A stretch of 33,655 nt of DNA from NCBI GenBank assembly GCA_900088475.1, contig FLMG01001828.1:1-33655 (forward strand), read 5' to 3'. The notes beneath the pieces are model-generated. The model was not told the DNA's origin. It saw only the letters and a list, made by a program, of their open reading frames with translations, and ran no database searches. Below, piece by piece: positions 10,913-22,700 of this stretch. A program made the translations under genes and the position numbers. Positions within the stretch are counted from its first letter, which is position 1. Each line of letters opens with the position of its first letter. The DNA is from Hyphochytrium catenoides (taxonomy: Eukaryota > Protista > Hyphochytriomycota).

Positions 10913-13900
10913 ATGGACGTCAGCAGACTTCCTCCGCTTGAGCGGCAAAAGGTCATGTGGGAGCGTGCCATGCAGCTTGTGAGCTCTGGCATTGACCTAC
11001 AGGTAGGCGATAACCCTGGGATGTTTGCCATCCCCACTATAGCGGGATAGGTTACTGACATGCTCTGCGCTGTCTAGTCCCACGGAGACATTGTGGCTGC
11101 AGAGGAGTCGCTAGAAAATGCAGTGATGATCATGGAAAGCGCTCTTACGGAAATCAAGTACAACTCCGAAGAGCAGGAGCAGGCCCAACGGTAAGAGGCT
11201 ATGTGCAGCCATTCTTCTAATAGAGAACAATCTCTCCTGAAGTCTGCATTTCTCTATTATTTCATGGCACTTGTAGGCTCAATAAGAAGATGAGACGGTA
11301 CATAAAGATGATCAAGTCACAGCAGAGAGCCAGCGTAGCTCAGCCAAAGGCTAAGTCTCTAAGGACTAACATTATTGATTGGGATGCGTTGCCTGCCGTT
11401 ATGATCCCCGCGGTTAGGGCTCTTCAAGAGTAAGTACCCAGCCCATGGTTAGACCACAGGGGCGAAATGTCTCAGAGCTCTCCTCCCACTACATCAGGTC
11501 TCCTCTTTGTGGGGACGTTATGACTACCTTGACGCAGTTCTTTGGCTTCCAAGAGCAGAATGCTCTGAATCAAAAGGAGCATATTGTTCTGCTCGTTACG
11601 AACGCGAAGCTCCAACTGGAGCCACCTCAATATGGAGAGCAGCAGATCATGGACCCCGCCATGGAAGAGAACAATCTCAAGCAAGCCATAGCTAACGTTC
11701 ACACCCGCCTTTTCGTAAACTATACGAAGTGGTGCAAGTACGTGGGACAGAAGCCAAACTTTGGACAGGAACGTCTCGTGGATGTTGCTCTTTTCTTCTT
11801 ACTCTGGGGAGAGGCGGGCAACTTTCGCCATACTCCCGAATTCCTGTGCTATCTCTTTCATAAGATGGGAGCCACTGCGAGGCAGGGTCTTGGACGTGCC
11901 TTTGACCCTAGTCCACCAGGTGAGTTAAAAAAAAGGGGCAAGGCGCAAAAGTACGAGCCTAAAAAACGAGTAGATAAAGGATGCGAAAAAATGAGCTAAC
12001 GCTAATGTTGATCAGGAACTTACCTTGAGACCATCATCCGCCCGATGTACAATGAATTCACCAAGGAGAACAACAAGAAGACCCCCATGGGCTCCCGCGC
12101 GGAGCACGTGAACATTCGGAACTATGACGATTTCAATGAGGTGAGGAATGGCTGAGACGGCGTCATTTCTTCTACAAGTTCCTTTTGTAACAGGCGCTCT
12201 CTCTCTCCTTGAAATGCTCAAACAGTTCTTCTGGACTAAGAAAGCTCTCAAGTACGAACCAACAACCATTTACCAAGCGTTCGCTCCTGACGCCAATGGC
12301 AAGGTTAAGGGGGCAAAGAAGACCTTCAAGGAAAAGAGGACGTGGATTAGTGCCTTTTTGGCCTACCGCCGGGTCTTCCTCTTCAATTGCGCGCTCTTTA
12401 TGGCGTGTATCGGATTCTCCATGAACATGACGGCTATATGCCCTCAGGCAAACGTCATGCACACTCTAATCTACCCTCCAGTATTTCAAGAGTACAGCTG
12501 GCTCTCACACCAGATGCAGGTGTCTGATGAAGAGAGAAAGAAGGCTAACGCCAACGGAGCAGGCAAAGGAGTAAAGTTGGATTTCTGGACTAAACTTGGA
12601 CAAGCCAAATTTAATAACGAGGAGGTTGGAGACAAATCCAAGAAGTTCTGCAGGCCACAGATGCTTGCAACTTGCCTGGGGACGACACAATCTGTCTTCA
12701 AGCAGAGTGCGCTCATTGTAGACTTCCCTGCTTTGAACTATGTAGTGGATTTCGGTATCTCCTCCTATGATGACGGTTGCGTAACAACGAACAACGGACG
12801 CTGTGGCTGCTACCTAAAGAAGGTGAGAGGGAGCTCCTTCCAAAACCATTCGCTCTTTCCACTCCTTGCTGGGTAGGATTGTCCTCGCCATTGCTAAGCC
12901 TTCTTGACTTTGGCGCTTCTTCTCAGCATCACTAACCGATCTTTCGACTTGCCCTTTCTTGAATGTTTAGCTTCGAAGGTGCTTTGAGGTTAAAGGCTAC
13001 TACGGTAACAACTCTGAGCCAGCCATAGGAGAAAGTTCGGAGAACCTTGTCGACCAATCAAAGTGCAAGGACGAGGTCAAGGAGATCGGCGCCTTCATCA
13101 AGAACGCGGAGGATGTGATTCTGAGCGCGGGGCCCGGCAAGCTGAACTGCAAAACCTGTGATCTCGCCATTTCCAACTGGGGAAACATCGGCAACCTGGT
13201 GATGGAGTTCCTTCCTTTCACCACTACTAAGATGGTGACGAATAACACCCAGCGTATGCTTGCTCTGGCGGGCTGCTTTGCCTTCTTCGCAATTTTGATT
13301 GTCATGGAAATTCAACGTTGCTTTTTTAGTCGAGGTGAGCGCTTTGTAAATAGTCTTTAGCTTAGGTTGCGAATTCTATCTCTAGTCATACTTATCACTC
13401 GTCCTTCACCCTTTGGCTTTGACTCATTCGCTCTTTCCCCGCGCAGTTGGAATTGGCTACGTGGGACGCAACCTGCCAGTCCTTATGTCGAGCTACATCC
13501 GCTATCTATGCTTCTGGATCTTCCTGTACGGCTTCAAGGTTATTCTCTCTTACCAAGTGATGATCAAGCCAATGGTGGAGGCTACAATCTTTGTGATGAA
13601 TTACCCGCACCAACTGGCAACCAAGTCCTATCACTTCCTGATGCCTATCGACATCTTCCACGTTGATTATTTGCTAGCTATGTGGCTTCCTGCCTGGTTA
13701 GTCTTCATGTACGATGTGCAGATCTGGTATTCCATCTTCTCGGTAATCGTGGGCGGTGTGCACGGATTCAACCTCCGGGTCGGAGAAGTCAGATCTTTCA
13801 GGATTCTCCGACAGACCTTCAAGTACATCCCAGAAATGTTCAACCAAAAGATCGTGCCAAACATTGAGGAGAGGAAGGTGGACAAAAAAGGGAAGAGGAA

Positions 13901-16900
13901 GAAGGGCAAGAAGCGACAGATGGAGGATGAAGGTCCACTCCGTCGCTTTGAGCGCGTCTCCTACTCTGAGGGAAGCAAGCCTCTTATGGCAGAGACTCAA
14001 AAGTATACCGCATTGTTAGAGAGGGCAGATGCCAAGCACCTGGGTGGTGGTTATGTGGGCATGCAGACACCGGATGGCAGAGACGACGAGTCAAGAGATT
14101 CTACCTCTTCCACCTCCGTCTCGGCGGCTGTTACGGGCTTATCAGGTATGGTGCCGCAAGAAGAGAGGAGAACCTTTGCTTAGTACTTACACTCCTTCGC
14201 TTCTTATCCCTGTAGGGGCTGCTTTTGATAGAACCATTTCATTTGCCATGGCATGGAACAGGACTCTAGAGACCCTCAGAGAGTCTGATGTCATCTCTAA
14301 CCGCGAGCTAAACGTGCTGAGGTACGTTCATCAACTCACTTCTTCATCTTGAACTCTGTTGTTCTAAGCATATGTCTTCCTTTTGTCCTTCAGCTACCTG
14401 ATTGACTCTAAGGAGGGTTCCGAAGACCGACGCCTCTACACTCCTGCATTCCTTACGGCTGGCAAGCTGGATGAAGCAATCGACATTGTGGTCGAATGCG
14501 CTTCCATGGCAGAGAGACTTGAGCAGGACAAAAAGAAGGCAAAAGGGAAGCATGTACAAAAGATTGCGAGTGTGATGGTTGAGAGGCTGATCAAGGACGA
14601 CTTGAGGATGGAAGCCATCCTTGGTTCCTACAAGTTCACCTCTCAGGTAAGGGGAGGACACATCTGGACCTAATGTTTTCAAGCAACTCTTCTCGCCCCG
14701 GTTTTCTAACAACGTTCCTCTTTCTGTTGACTAGGTCATTCGGCTGCTTTTGGGTGATGAACACCGTGAGATTGCAGAGATCTTCCTCTTTGCTGAGGAG
14801 CAGGCCATGAACGGAACAGCTCTTCGGGGACTGAACCTAACTTCGTTGCATAAGCTAAGGACTTCCTGCGCTGAGCTCATGAAGGTGTGATAGGAAAAAA
14901 CTTTAGAGATGGCGTGTCCTGGTGAACATAAGAACTCAAATCCGAAGCTAACTTTGCCACTCATCTTTTTGCACTCCTGTGTCTGCTCAGGCTATCTTGG
15001 ATGTCCCTCAGAACGCGGCTATTAGCAGTGTGAAGTTCCAGCGAAGTCTTTACATTGTTATTGATTGTATGGAGAACGTAATGAACGGCTTGAAGCAAGT
15101 TGTGAAGAAGCAGGACACCCTGGTGAAGCTGCTTAATGACACGCCTCTTAAGCCCAACTCTTTCTTTTTCCCTGGTGATGGGCAGCAGTACGCTAGCACG
15201 CAGTTGTTGGCAATTGTGGAGGACAGAGCTGCCAGGGATGTGGTCTCTAGGGCATACTACCTTCTTTCCGTGGACAATCTGGTATGTGGAACGTCGGCGC
15301 CATTCCTTCTGGTCTTAATGGACCACTAGACTAGCTATACTTACATCTGCTTATTTTATTTTAACTTCAACAGGATGCTGAGCCGCGCTCTGACGAAGGC
15401 CGTCGTCGCCTCCGCTTCTTCACCAACTCCCTCTTTATGCAAATGCCATTGGCAAAGCCTGTGAGACAGATGCGCTCCTTCGGAGTAGCCACGCCGTACT
15501 ATGCAGAAATTGTGCTGTACTCTCTGAAGGAGATTACCCAGGAGAATGATGAAGGCATGAAGCTTGTCTTCTACTTGGCCACCATATACCCCTTCGAATG
15601 GGCCAATTTCCTAGAGAGAATTGGCGCCTCGGACACGAACACTGCCGTCAAGAAGAACCCAGAGGAGGTTAGGATCTGGGCCTCGTACAGAGGCCAGACA
15701 CTGGCCAGGACTGTGAGAGGAATGATGTACTACGAGGATGCTATTCGCTTCCTACACTGGTTAGAGATTGGTAAGAACTGCTATTCATCTTTCCGTCCCT
15801 TGTCTGCCCCCTGTCTTCTTCTCTGTTCTCTTCTCTGCTATACGTTTTTGCCCATATTCAAACTTCTTACCTCTCTTTCACCTTAGGCGAGGATGAGCTC
15901 ATGCACATCAAGGGCTGCGCGTGCAACAAGTGCGTCCGCTTAGATGAAATGGTTGCTCTGAAGTTCAACTATGTCTGCACCTGCCAGATCTATGGAAAGA
16001 TGAAGGATGAACAGAGGCAACAGGCTCATGACATCGATCAGCTTCTGCATATGCATCCCAACCTTAGGGTGGCATACGTTGATGGACCCAAGAAAGTGAA
16101 GGATGGACCACCTAAGTTCTATTCTGTGCTCATCAGGAGCGTTCAAGGAAGAATCGTTGAAGGTATGAGCGACGCTTACCTCTATAAGCCCCTCTGTCAG
16201 GCAACCCTATGTCCCTGCTTAGATTTGTGCTGTGCCTTCTGGATATCTTGGACTAGAACCTTAGCTCTAACCATAGCTGTGTCTAGTCTTCCGTGTGGAG
16301 CTTCCCGGTAACCCCATCATTGGCGAGGGTAAGCCTGAGAACCACAATCATGCGCTTGTCTTCACCCGCGGTGAGCTCCTCCAAGTGATTGATATGAACC
16401 AAGACGGATACTTCGAGGAGGCACTGAAGGTGACTTTCTATCTGTGTCTTCCTTTCTCTCTTCTATCTTTTTACTGCCCTTTTGTTAGTGCTGCCTAGGC
16501 GATTCATTCTAAGTCAGTCTACGAGTGTGCTGTTCTCCCGCTCCTCTTACTATCAAAGCTCACCCTACTGTCTTATGATTTGTAGATTCCCAACCTCCTT
16601 GCCACGGTCGATGCCGCTCCTCGTAAGCACCCGATCTACATTGTGGGTCTGAGGGAGCACATCTTTACCGGTGGAGTCTCCAACCTTGCGTCTTTCATGG
16701 GCATCCAGGAGCTTTCCTTCGTCTCCCTTGGACAAAGAGTATTGGCAATGTTCTTGATTCGTATGCACTACGGCCATCCAGATATCTTCGACAAACTTTT
16801 TGCCATGACCACTGGCGGCACTGCGAAGGCTTCTAAAGGCGTCAATCTGTCTGAAGATATCTTCGCAGGCTTCAACGCTACGCTGAGAGGTGGAAGAGTG

Positions 16901-18928
16901 ACTCATGAGGAGTTTATTCAGGTGCGGAAGAGAGTACAATGTAGCGTCAAGAGTCAGAACAAGAAGAATTGACCTTCTTTGCCTCCGCGTTGTCCCTTTA
17001 TCTAGGTCGGCAAGGGAAGAGATGTGGGCATGCAGCAGTTGACTCTCTTTGAGGCCAAGCTAGCTTCTGGAGCTGGAGAAGCTGTTATGTCTCGTGACGT
17101 TCGCCGCCTGGGCACTCGTCTGGACTTCTGGCGTGTGAACACCTACTACTATGGCAATCTAGGCTGGTACATGACCCAGGCAATCACCATGCTTTCTATC
17201 TACGCGTTTATCTATGGCAAGATATACATGGCTCTCTCTGGCAAGGGCGAGCTGTTCCTCAGGCAGGGAGGCCTTTCGATTGCGGCTGTGCTGAACACGT
17301 CCTGGGCGTTCCAGATGGGTATGCTGCTCGTTATCCCCATCATTGCTGTCGTGGGCGTAGAGTCTGGCTTCAGACACGGGTTCTCTTATCTGCTATGGAA
17401 CATCCTGACCCTTGGACCTATTTACTTTGCCTTCCACATGGGAACTAAGAGGTAAGAGGCGATAGAAAGGCTCTAAGTAAAAGCGTACAGGCTTGTAAGC
17501 TTAGTCATGCCATCTAACGCTCATCGTTTGCTCTCTCTTGCTATCTACAGCCACTACTTTGACCGGACGCTCATTCATGGGGGCGCCAAGTACAGAGCTA
17601 CGGGTAGAGGTTTCACCATCAAGCACGAGAAGTTTGCTGAGCTCTACCGCTTCTACGCCGCTTCCCACTTCTATCGAGGCATTGAGCTCATCTTCCTCCT
17701 CATTCTCTTCGCAATTTTCGGGACTTTCAACTGGTGCAACTGCAGCTGGACCATCGACAGTAACTTCTTTGGAAACGTAGAGCCAACGGCGGAGGATTGG
17801 AACGCCCGGTGTTATGCCGCACACTTCCAGACCTGCGTGCTTCCAACCAACCAGAATTATGGCATTATCACTTTCTCTCTGTGGATTATTGCTTGCACGT
17901 TCACCTGGGCGCCGTTCTTCTTCAACCCTAGCGGTCTTGATTGGAACAAATGCATTCAGGATCTCACCGACTGGCAGGACTGGTTGAAGGTTCAGAATGA
18001 AACTTCTGAGAGCTGGCTTGGCTGGTGGATGGAGGAGAACTCGTTCTACGAGCAGAGCAGCGGAAGTGCACGCGTCGTGACACTTCTAAGAAGCTCCAGG
18101 TTCTTCATCTTGGCTTATCTGATGTACCTGGACATGATGTACCGGTAAGCCCATAACCTGTGTCTATGGTAGCCTACTCTACATTTCGAATTTCTCTTCT
18201 CTTCATGTGCTATCGAGTCCGCTTTGCGCGATGCGTCTACGTGCCTGTACAGTCACTGTGCGTCATATATTCTGAGGCTGACTTGTCTGTTCCTTCCATC
18301 CAGGTATTTCTATCTTGGGCAGCAGAAGTCCATTGACGCAAAAGACATCAAGGTCTACATCTACATGGGCAGCTTCTTTGTGATAATCGGCCTTCTGTTT
18401 GGACTTGGCTACTGCTTCGCACGGTAAGAACAGGCAGTCACTATTACCTTCCTGGCGATAGAGCCTGATGATTTTGCTTCTGGTTTTTCTCTCTGCAGAG
18501 TGGCCAAGAAATGGACTCTTCGTCAGAGGAAGCTCCGCAAGCTCAAGTTGTACATCTCTGTTCTTGTGATGTTCATTGGGCTGGCTCTGGTTATCTTCGG
18601 TCTCTCTGTCGCTGATCTTATAGAGCTCGTTGTCATCGTCTTCTTGGTGCTCTACTTCTTCCAAATGTGGTTCATCGTGCATGGACACACATCGCACATC
18701 ACCGTGAGGGCAATCGGTGTCTTCTTTGACAGAATCGTTGGCTGGCTAATCTTCGGGCCCATTCTGTTTGTAGCGATGTTCTTGCCTTTCATCTCTGACT
18801 TCCAGAAGAGAATTATGTTCAATCCTGCGTTCAGTGCTGGACTGGAGGTCACGAAGCTGCTCTCTAATGAGGAGACTGCCAAGATAAAGATCAAGAAGGA
18901 CAAGAAGGAGAAGAGCAAACATCATTGA
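10913..18928 (+). CDS. 1,3-beta-glucan synthase (GT48, callose synthase/FKS family), 20 exons, 6105 nt CDS, ~2034 aa (10913-11002, 11078-11190, 11277-11429, 11498-11919, 12016-12140, 12226-12822, 12971-13334, 13447-14145, 14216-14321, 14394-14646, 14735-14884, 14991-15281, 15374-15770, 15887-16162, 16287-16429, 16586-16921, 17006-17451, 17551-18144, 18304-18423, 18499-18928)
   Basis: Family motifs in the expected order: [198 protein letters not shown]. All 19 introns are GT-AG and phase-consistent; summed exon length is divisible by 3. Confidence 0.96.
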
Positions 18929-19759
18929 GCTCTATGATAGGCTTGTACTCGTTGTCTATACTTCGTCCTCTCTCGCTTTTATTGTTATTATAAGGCCTTC
19001 ACAGGGCTCTTTTTTGTAATCAAAAACTATCTTTTATTAGAGCAAACCAAGGCTATCAAGCCTCCGCAATCTCTAAAGATCTTCACCTATTCGCCATTCC
19101 TGAACCTGGCACTCTGAAGGGGTTGGTCTCCGCCGACCTGGCGTCCTCACGAGCACCAGTGCCTCAATGAAGTGAAGGCTTCTCTTCAATACTCATTACG
19201 TCTTGTTGGACGCAGCAACTCTATGGACTTGTACCCTGTTCTCTTGAAGTTCCGGATATTAACAGTGGACTCTTTACCTAGAGAGACGGCATAATGGTTG
19301 TTGCCACGACATCGAGCAAACACCATAGATAATACTCTTAGGAGTGAAGAGTCATGGAGGCTCCAAAGTCTCTTGTGATACTGTTATAATCTATAGGAAT
19401 CTGGGTCCATAGCTATTATTAGCGAGATTTGCTATAAACAATATGTATGGGGTTCCATTCTCCATAGTTATTACCCTACAACCAATCTTCCAAATCCCAT
19501 AGTTAATCCTCTGGATCTTTCGCTAAGATCACGAGGAGCACCTTTCGATGTTTTTCCAGACCTTCAGGAGCCCGCGGACGGCTGATCGAGGTCAGCAGCA
19601 GCCGGCAGAAGCTCTCTTTCTTGCTCTGTCCTCTCCGAGCAACAAGGGTTCACCCGCAGCTGCAACTTCTCCTAGAACCTGTGAGGACTGGTGCCTTGTC
19701 TTGGGATGTCAGAGATTATCTGTTGAACCCCATAGTATGGCCTAGTAGACGAGACGAGG

Positions 19760-22700
19760 ATGGGACTGTTTGTCATGAACTCCGAACAAAACGGGAGCAG
19801 GAGACAGAGACGACCAGTGAACAGTATCTTTCTCCTCTTCTGGTTGCGCACCACGGCCATTGCAGTCGTTAGCCTCTTGGTAGCTGGGATTGTCAATGTC
19901 TCTCTCTCTGCCGCCTCCATTGCAGGAGTTCATCCATCACAGCGAGCTGCATACAACGTCTCACAGCCCCAGGTAGTTCATCTCATTGTCGAGCTGCTAC
20001 TGCACCTTTGTCTGGATTTTCTTGCTACTTCTCTTCTCCCTCATGCATGGATCGACTTGATCCGTTATCTCTCTCCCGCTTTACCTGGTATCTGCTCATG
20101 TCCTTAGCATCAAAAATCTCTCTCCCGCTCAAGGCCGTTCTTTCAAGGCCTCTCTCACGGTCTCTCTCTCGCTCTATCATGATCTCTCTCTCTCTCTCTC
20201 TCATGGTCTTATTCTCTCGCGTATAGCTGCGCTTTTTTATTGCTCATCTTGGTCTTTCTCTGTGTTCCCTGTGTCTTTCTCGATGTCCTCTCTCTTTCGC
20301 TGGTCTTTCCACCAGAAGTTCCGACCGTCTCTTTCTCCTTTACCCCTTCACCTGTCGCTATCTAAGATTTGCCTTTCTCCTCATGCCTTTGGCAGTTCGT
20401 CTGTTTGAACGGCTCTACCTCGCTCCCTTGGGAGAAAGTGAATGATGACTACTGCGACTGCCCTGACGGTTCTGATGAGCCTGGCACCCCTGCCTGCTCT
20501 CATCTTCCAAGCGTGACATTTACCTGTCAGAACAGTCTCCTCAGCCTTGAAACGGTAAGCAAGCTTGACTAAGTTGTGATTGACTCCCTTTCGCTGCTTT
20601 TGTCTTTAGTTCCTGCGCAGCGTCACCACCCTTGTCAACAGTAGGCTATACCCTACTAATAATTGGATCTGTCCTTATCTCTTCGTCCTGCTCAACCGTC
20701 GTGTCTGAGGCCCCTTCAGATACCGTCTTCCCGCGTTCAAGATGGGGTCTGTGACTGCTGTGATGGGTCAGATGAGGGAAATGGAAACTGTCCGGACCGG
20801 TGCCATTCCTTGGCTGTAGAGACTCTTCGACAGCTGGAGCAGTCGGCCGAATCCATGCGCAAGGGGCTGGCGGAACAGGAAAGAAGAATGAAGGCGCGGA
20901 AGAGAGACCGGAAAAGTAAAGCAGACAAGATAGTGGTTCTCCGAGAGGAGATGGCCAAGCTAGAAGGTGGGACGTTGGCTGCAAATGACCTGAGGCAATT
21001 ATCCCCTTCGCAGGCAGGGTCTGCTTCTTTTTTGAACAAAAGGCTCTGCAGTACATGTTCTTGTACACAGACGAAGGTCGCTAGCCCGGCCTCGGAAGTC
21101 GTCATCACTCTATCTCACACCTAAGCAACATCCCTGACGAGCACTTTGCACCTTTCTCATCATCCATCCTAGAACTAAAGAGGGAATTAGAGAAGTATTT
21201 GGATATGGAAGAAGAGAAAGAGCTGAGCAAGCTCATTTCTGAAGCAAGAAGGCGGATGAGGGCTGAGGGAGCGGCGCTTTACGAGTTGCCCGGGGAGGAT
21301 TTTGAAAAGAGCTGTGCAAGTCGAGGTTATAGACGCCTCCTCATCTTTCTTTTCGTTATCATTGTGCTGCCATTGTCTCTCCTTCCACTTTTCTCATAGG
21401 AGCTGCATAGTACTGCCCTCTAAAACTCTGTTGTCCTTCTGTCCTCAGGGACCTCGCTCTCTTCATTCTCGGTGCTCACTATGCAGTGATGGCTCTCTTT
21501 GCTTGCGTCCTTGCCCTTCTCTGCTTACTGATGATGGGTATCGGAACAGGCGGACTAGGGAACATTCCTGATAAAAGGCCAGACACTTTCCACGCAGGAG
21601 ACGTGAGTGACGGTCTGCAACCTGCATTGCCTTTCTTATCTTGTCTGGAAAATGGACTTACTCATCGGCCTTCTCTCATTTTACCCCTCCACCATCTATC
21701 TGTCGCCCTCTCTCTCTCTATCTGCACGTCGTCCCCCTCTCTTCCGCCAAAAAAAATATCTTCTTGTCGGCCTATCGCGCTCTCTCTCCATCTGATCTCG
21801 TCGCAGGGAACGTGGTCACTAAGCAGGTGTCAGACTACGAGTTCGCGCTTCTTAGTGAGGTTGAAAGGACAGATGACACACCGGTAAGTGCACGTTGGCT
21901 GGAGTGAGCGTTTTCGCAGAATGTGGAAGCAAAGGCGGGTCGCGATCCAAGTGTCATGTCTCAATCGCGTGGCCTCTCTCTTCTCCCTCTCTCTCTCTAC
22001 CATGGCCTCTCTCTTTCTCTGTGGCCTTCCTTTGCCTATACCTAAACTTGCTATATGTTGTTGCTGGCCTTCGTCCTCAACCTTATGGCGTCCGGTGCCA
22101 GATGAAGCTAGACTACTATATGATCATGATGCGACGCGGACGTCTTTATGGGTACGCCAACCATAACTGCCGGCTCTGAGTCAACTAATACTAAGCAGCA
22201 ATTATGGTCTCGGTTCTCTTCTCTCTTGCTTCGAACCCTTCCCGGCCAAATGTCTCTTTCGTTTCCATTTCTTCATTCCCGCTCTGAATCACCAGCACCT
22301 ACACCCAGCAACTTAAGAAGCGCCGGGAGGAACTCTTCGACGTCCTGTTTGCTGGACTGCCGAGGGCTCTCTACTTGCCCCTAGCAGTTGAGTTTATCGG
22401 TAGGGCAATTGCTACAAGGCCGAAAAAGGGCAAAAACTGGCGGGAGGGCCGACTTTCCTAGTGGATAGACTGGAGGCAAGATAGAGCTAGACCGTAGACA
22501 GCATAGCAACCGCAATGGTGAGAAGCAAGGGGTTTGCAACTTTGCAGAGGTTGTGGACGGTACTGTAGGCAGACGACTCCGTGAAGCGCGGATTGCTAGT
22601 GGACATTAGAGATAACTACTGGATACACATGCACATAAGCTAACACAGGGTATCGGAAGAGCGTCTAGTGAGCCAGCTCTGTGCTAATGTCCTCTTCACA

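Noticed and set aside
16320-16355. [11 protein letters not shown] instead of the usual ENQNHA as a sign of an inactive synthase
   Set aside because: Single substitution; the DxNQD, SED and KGRD motifs are intact and the frame is unbroken.
11472-18918. Many antisense and alternative-frame ORFs overlapping the glucan synthase
   Set aside because: Shadow ORFs expected opposite a long coding sequence; no independent motifs.
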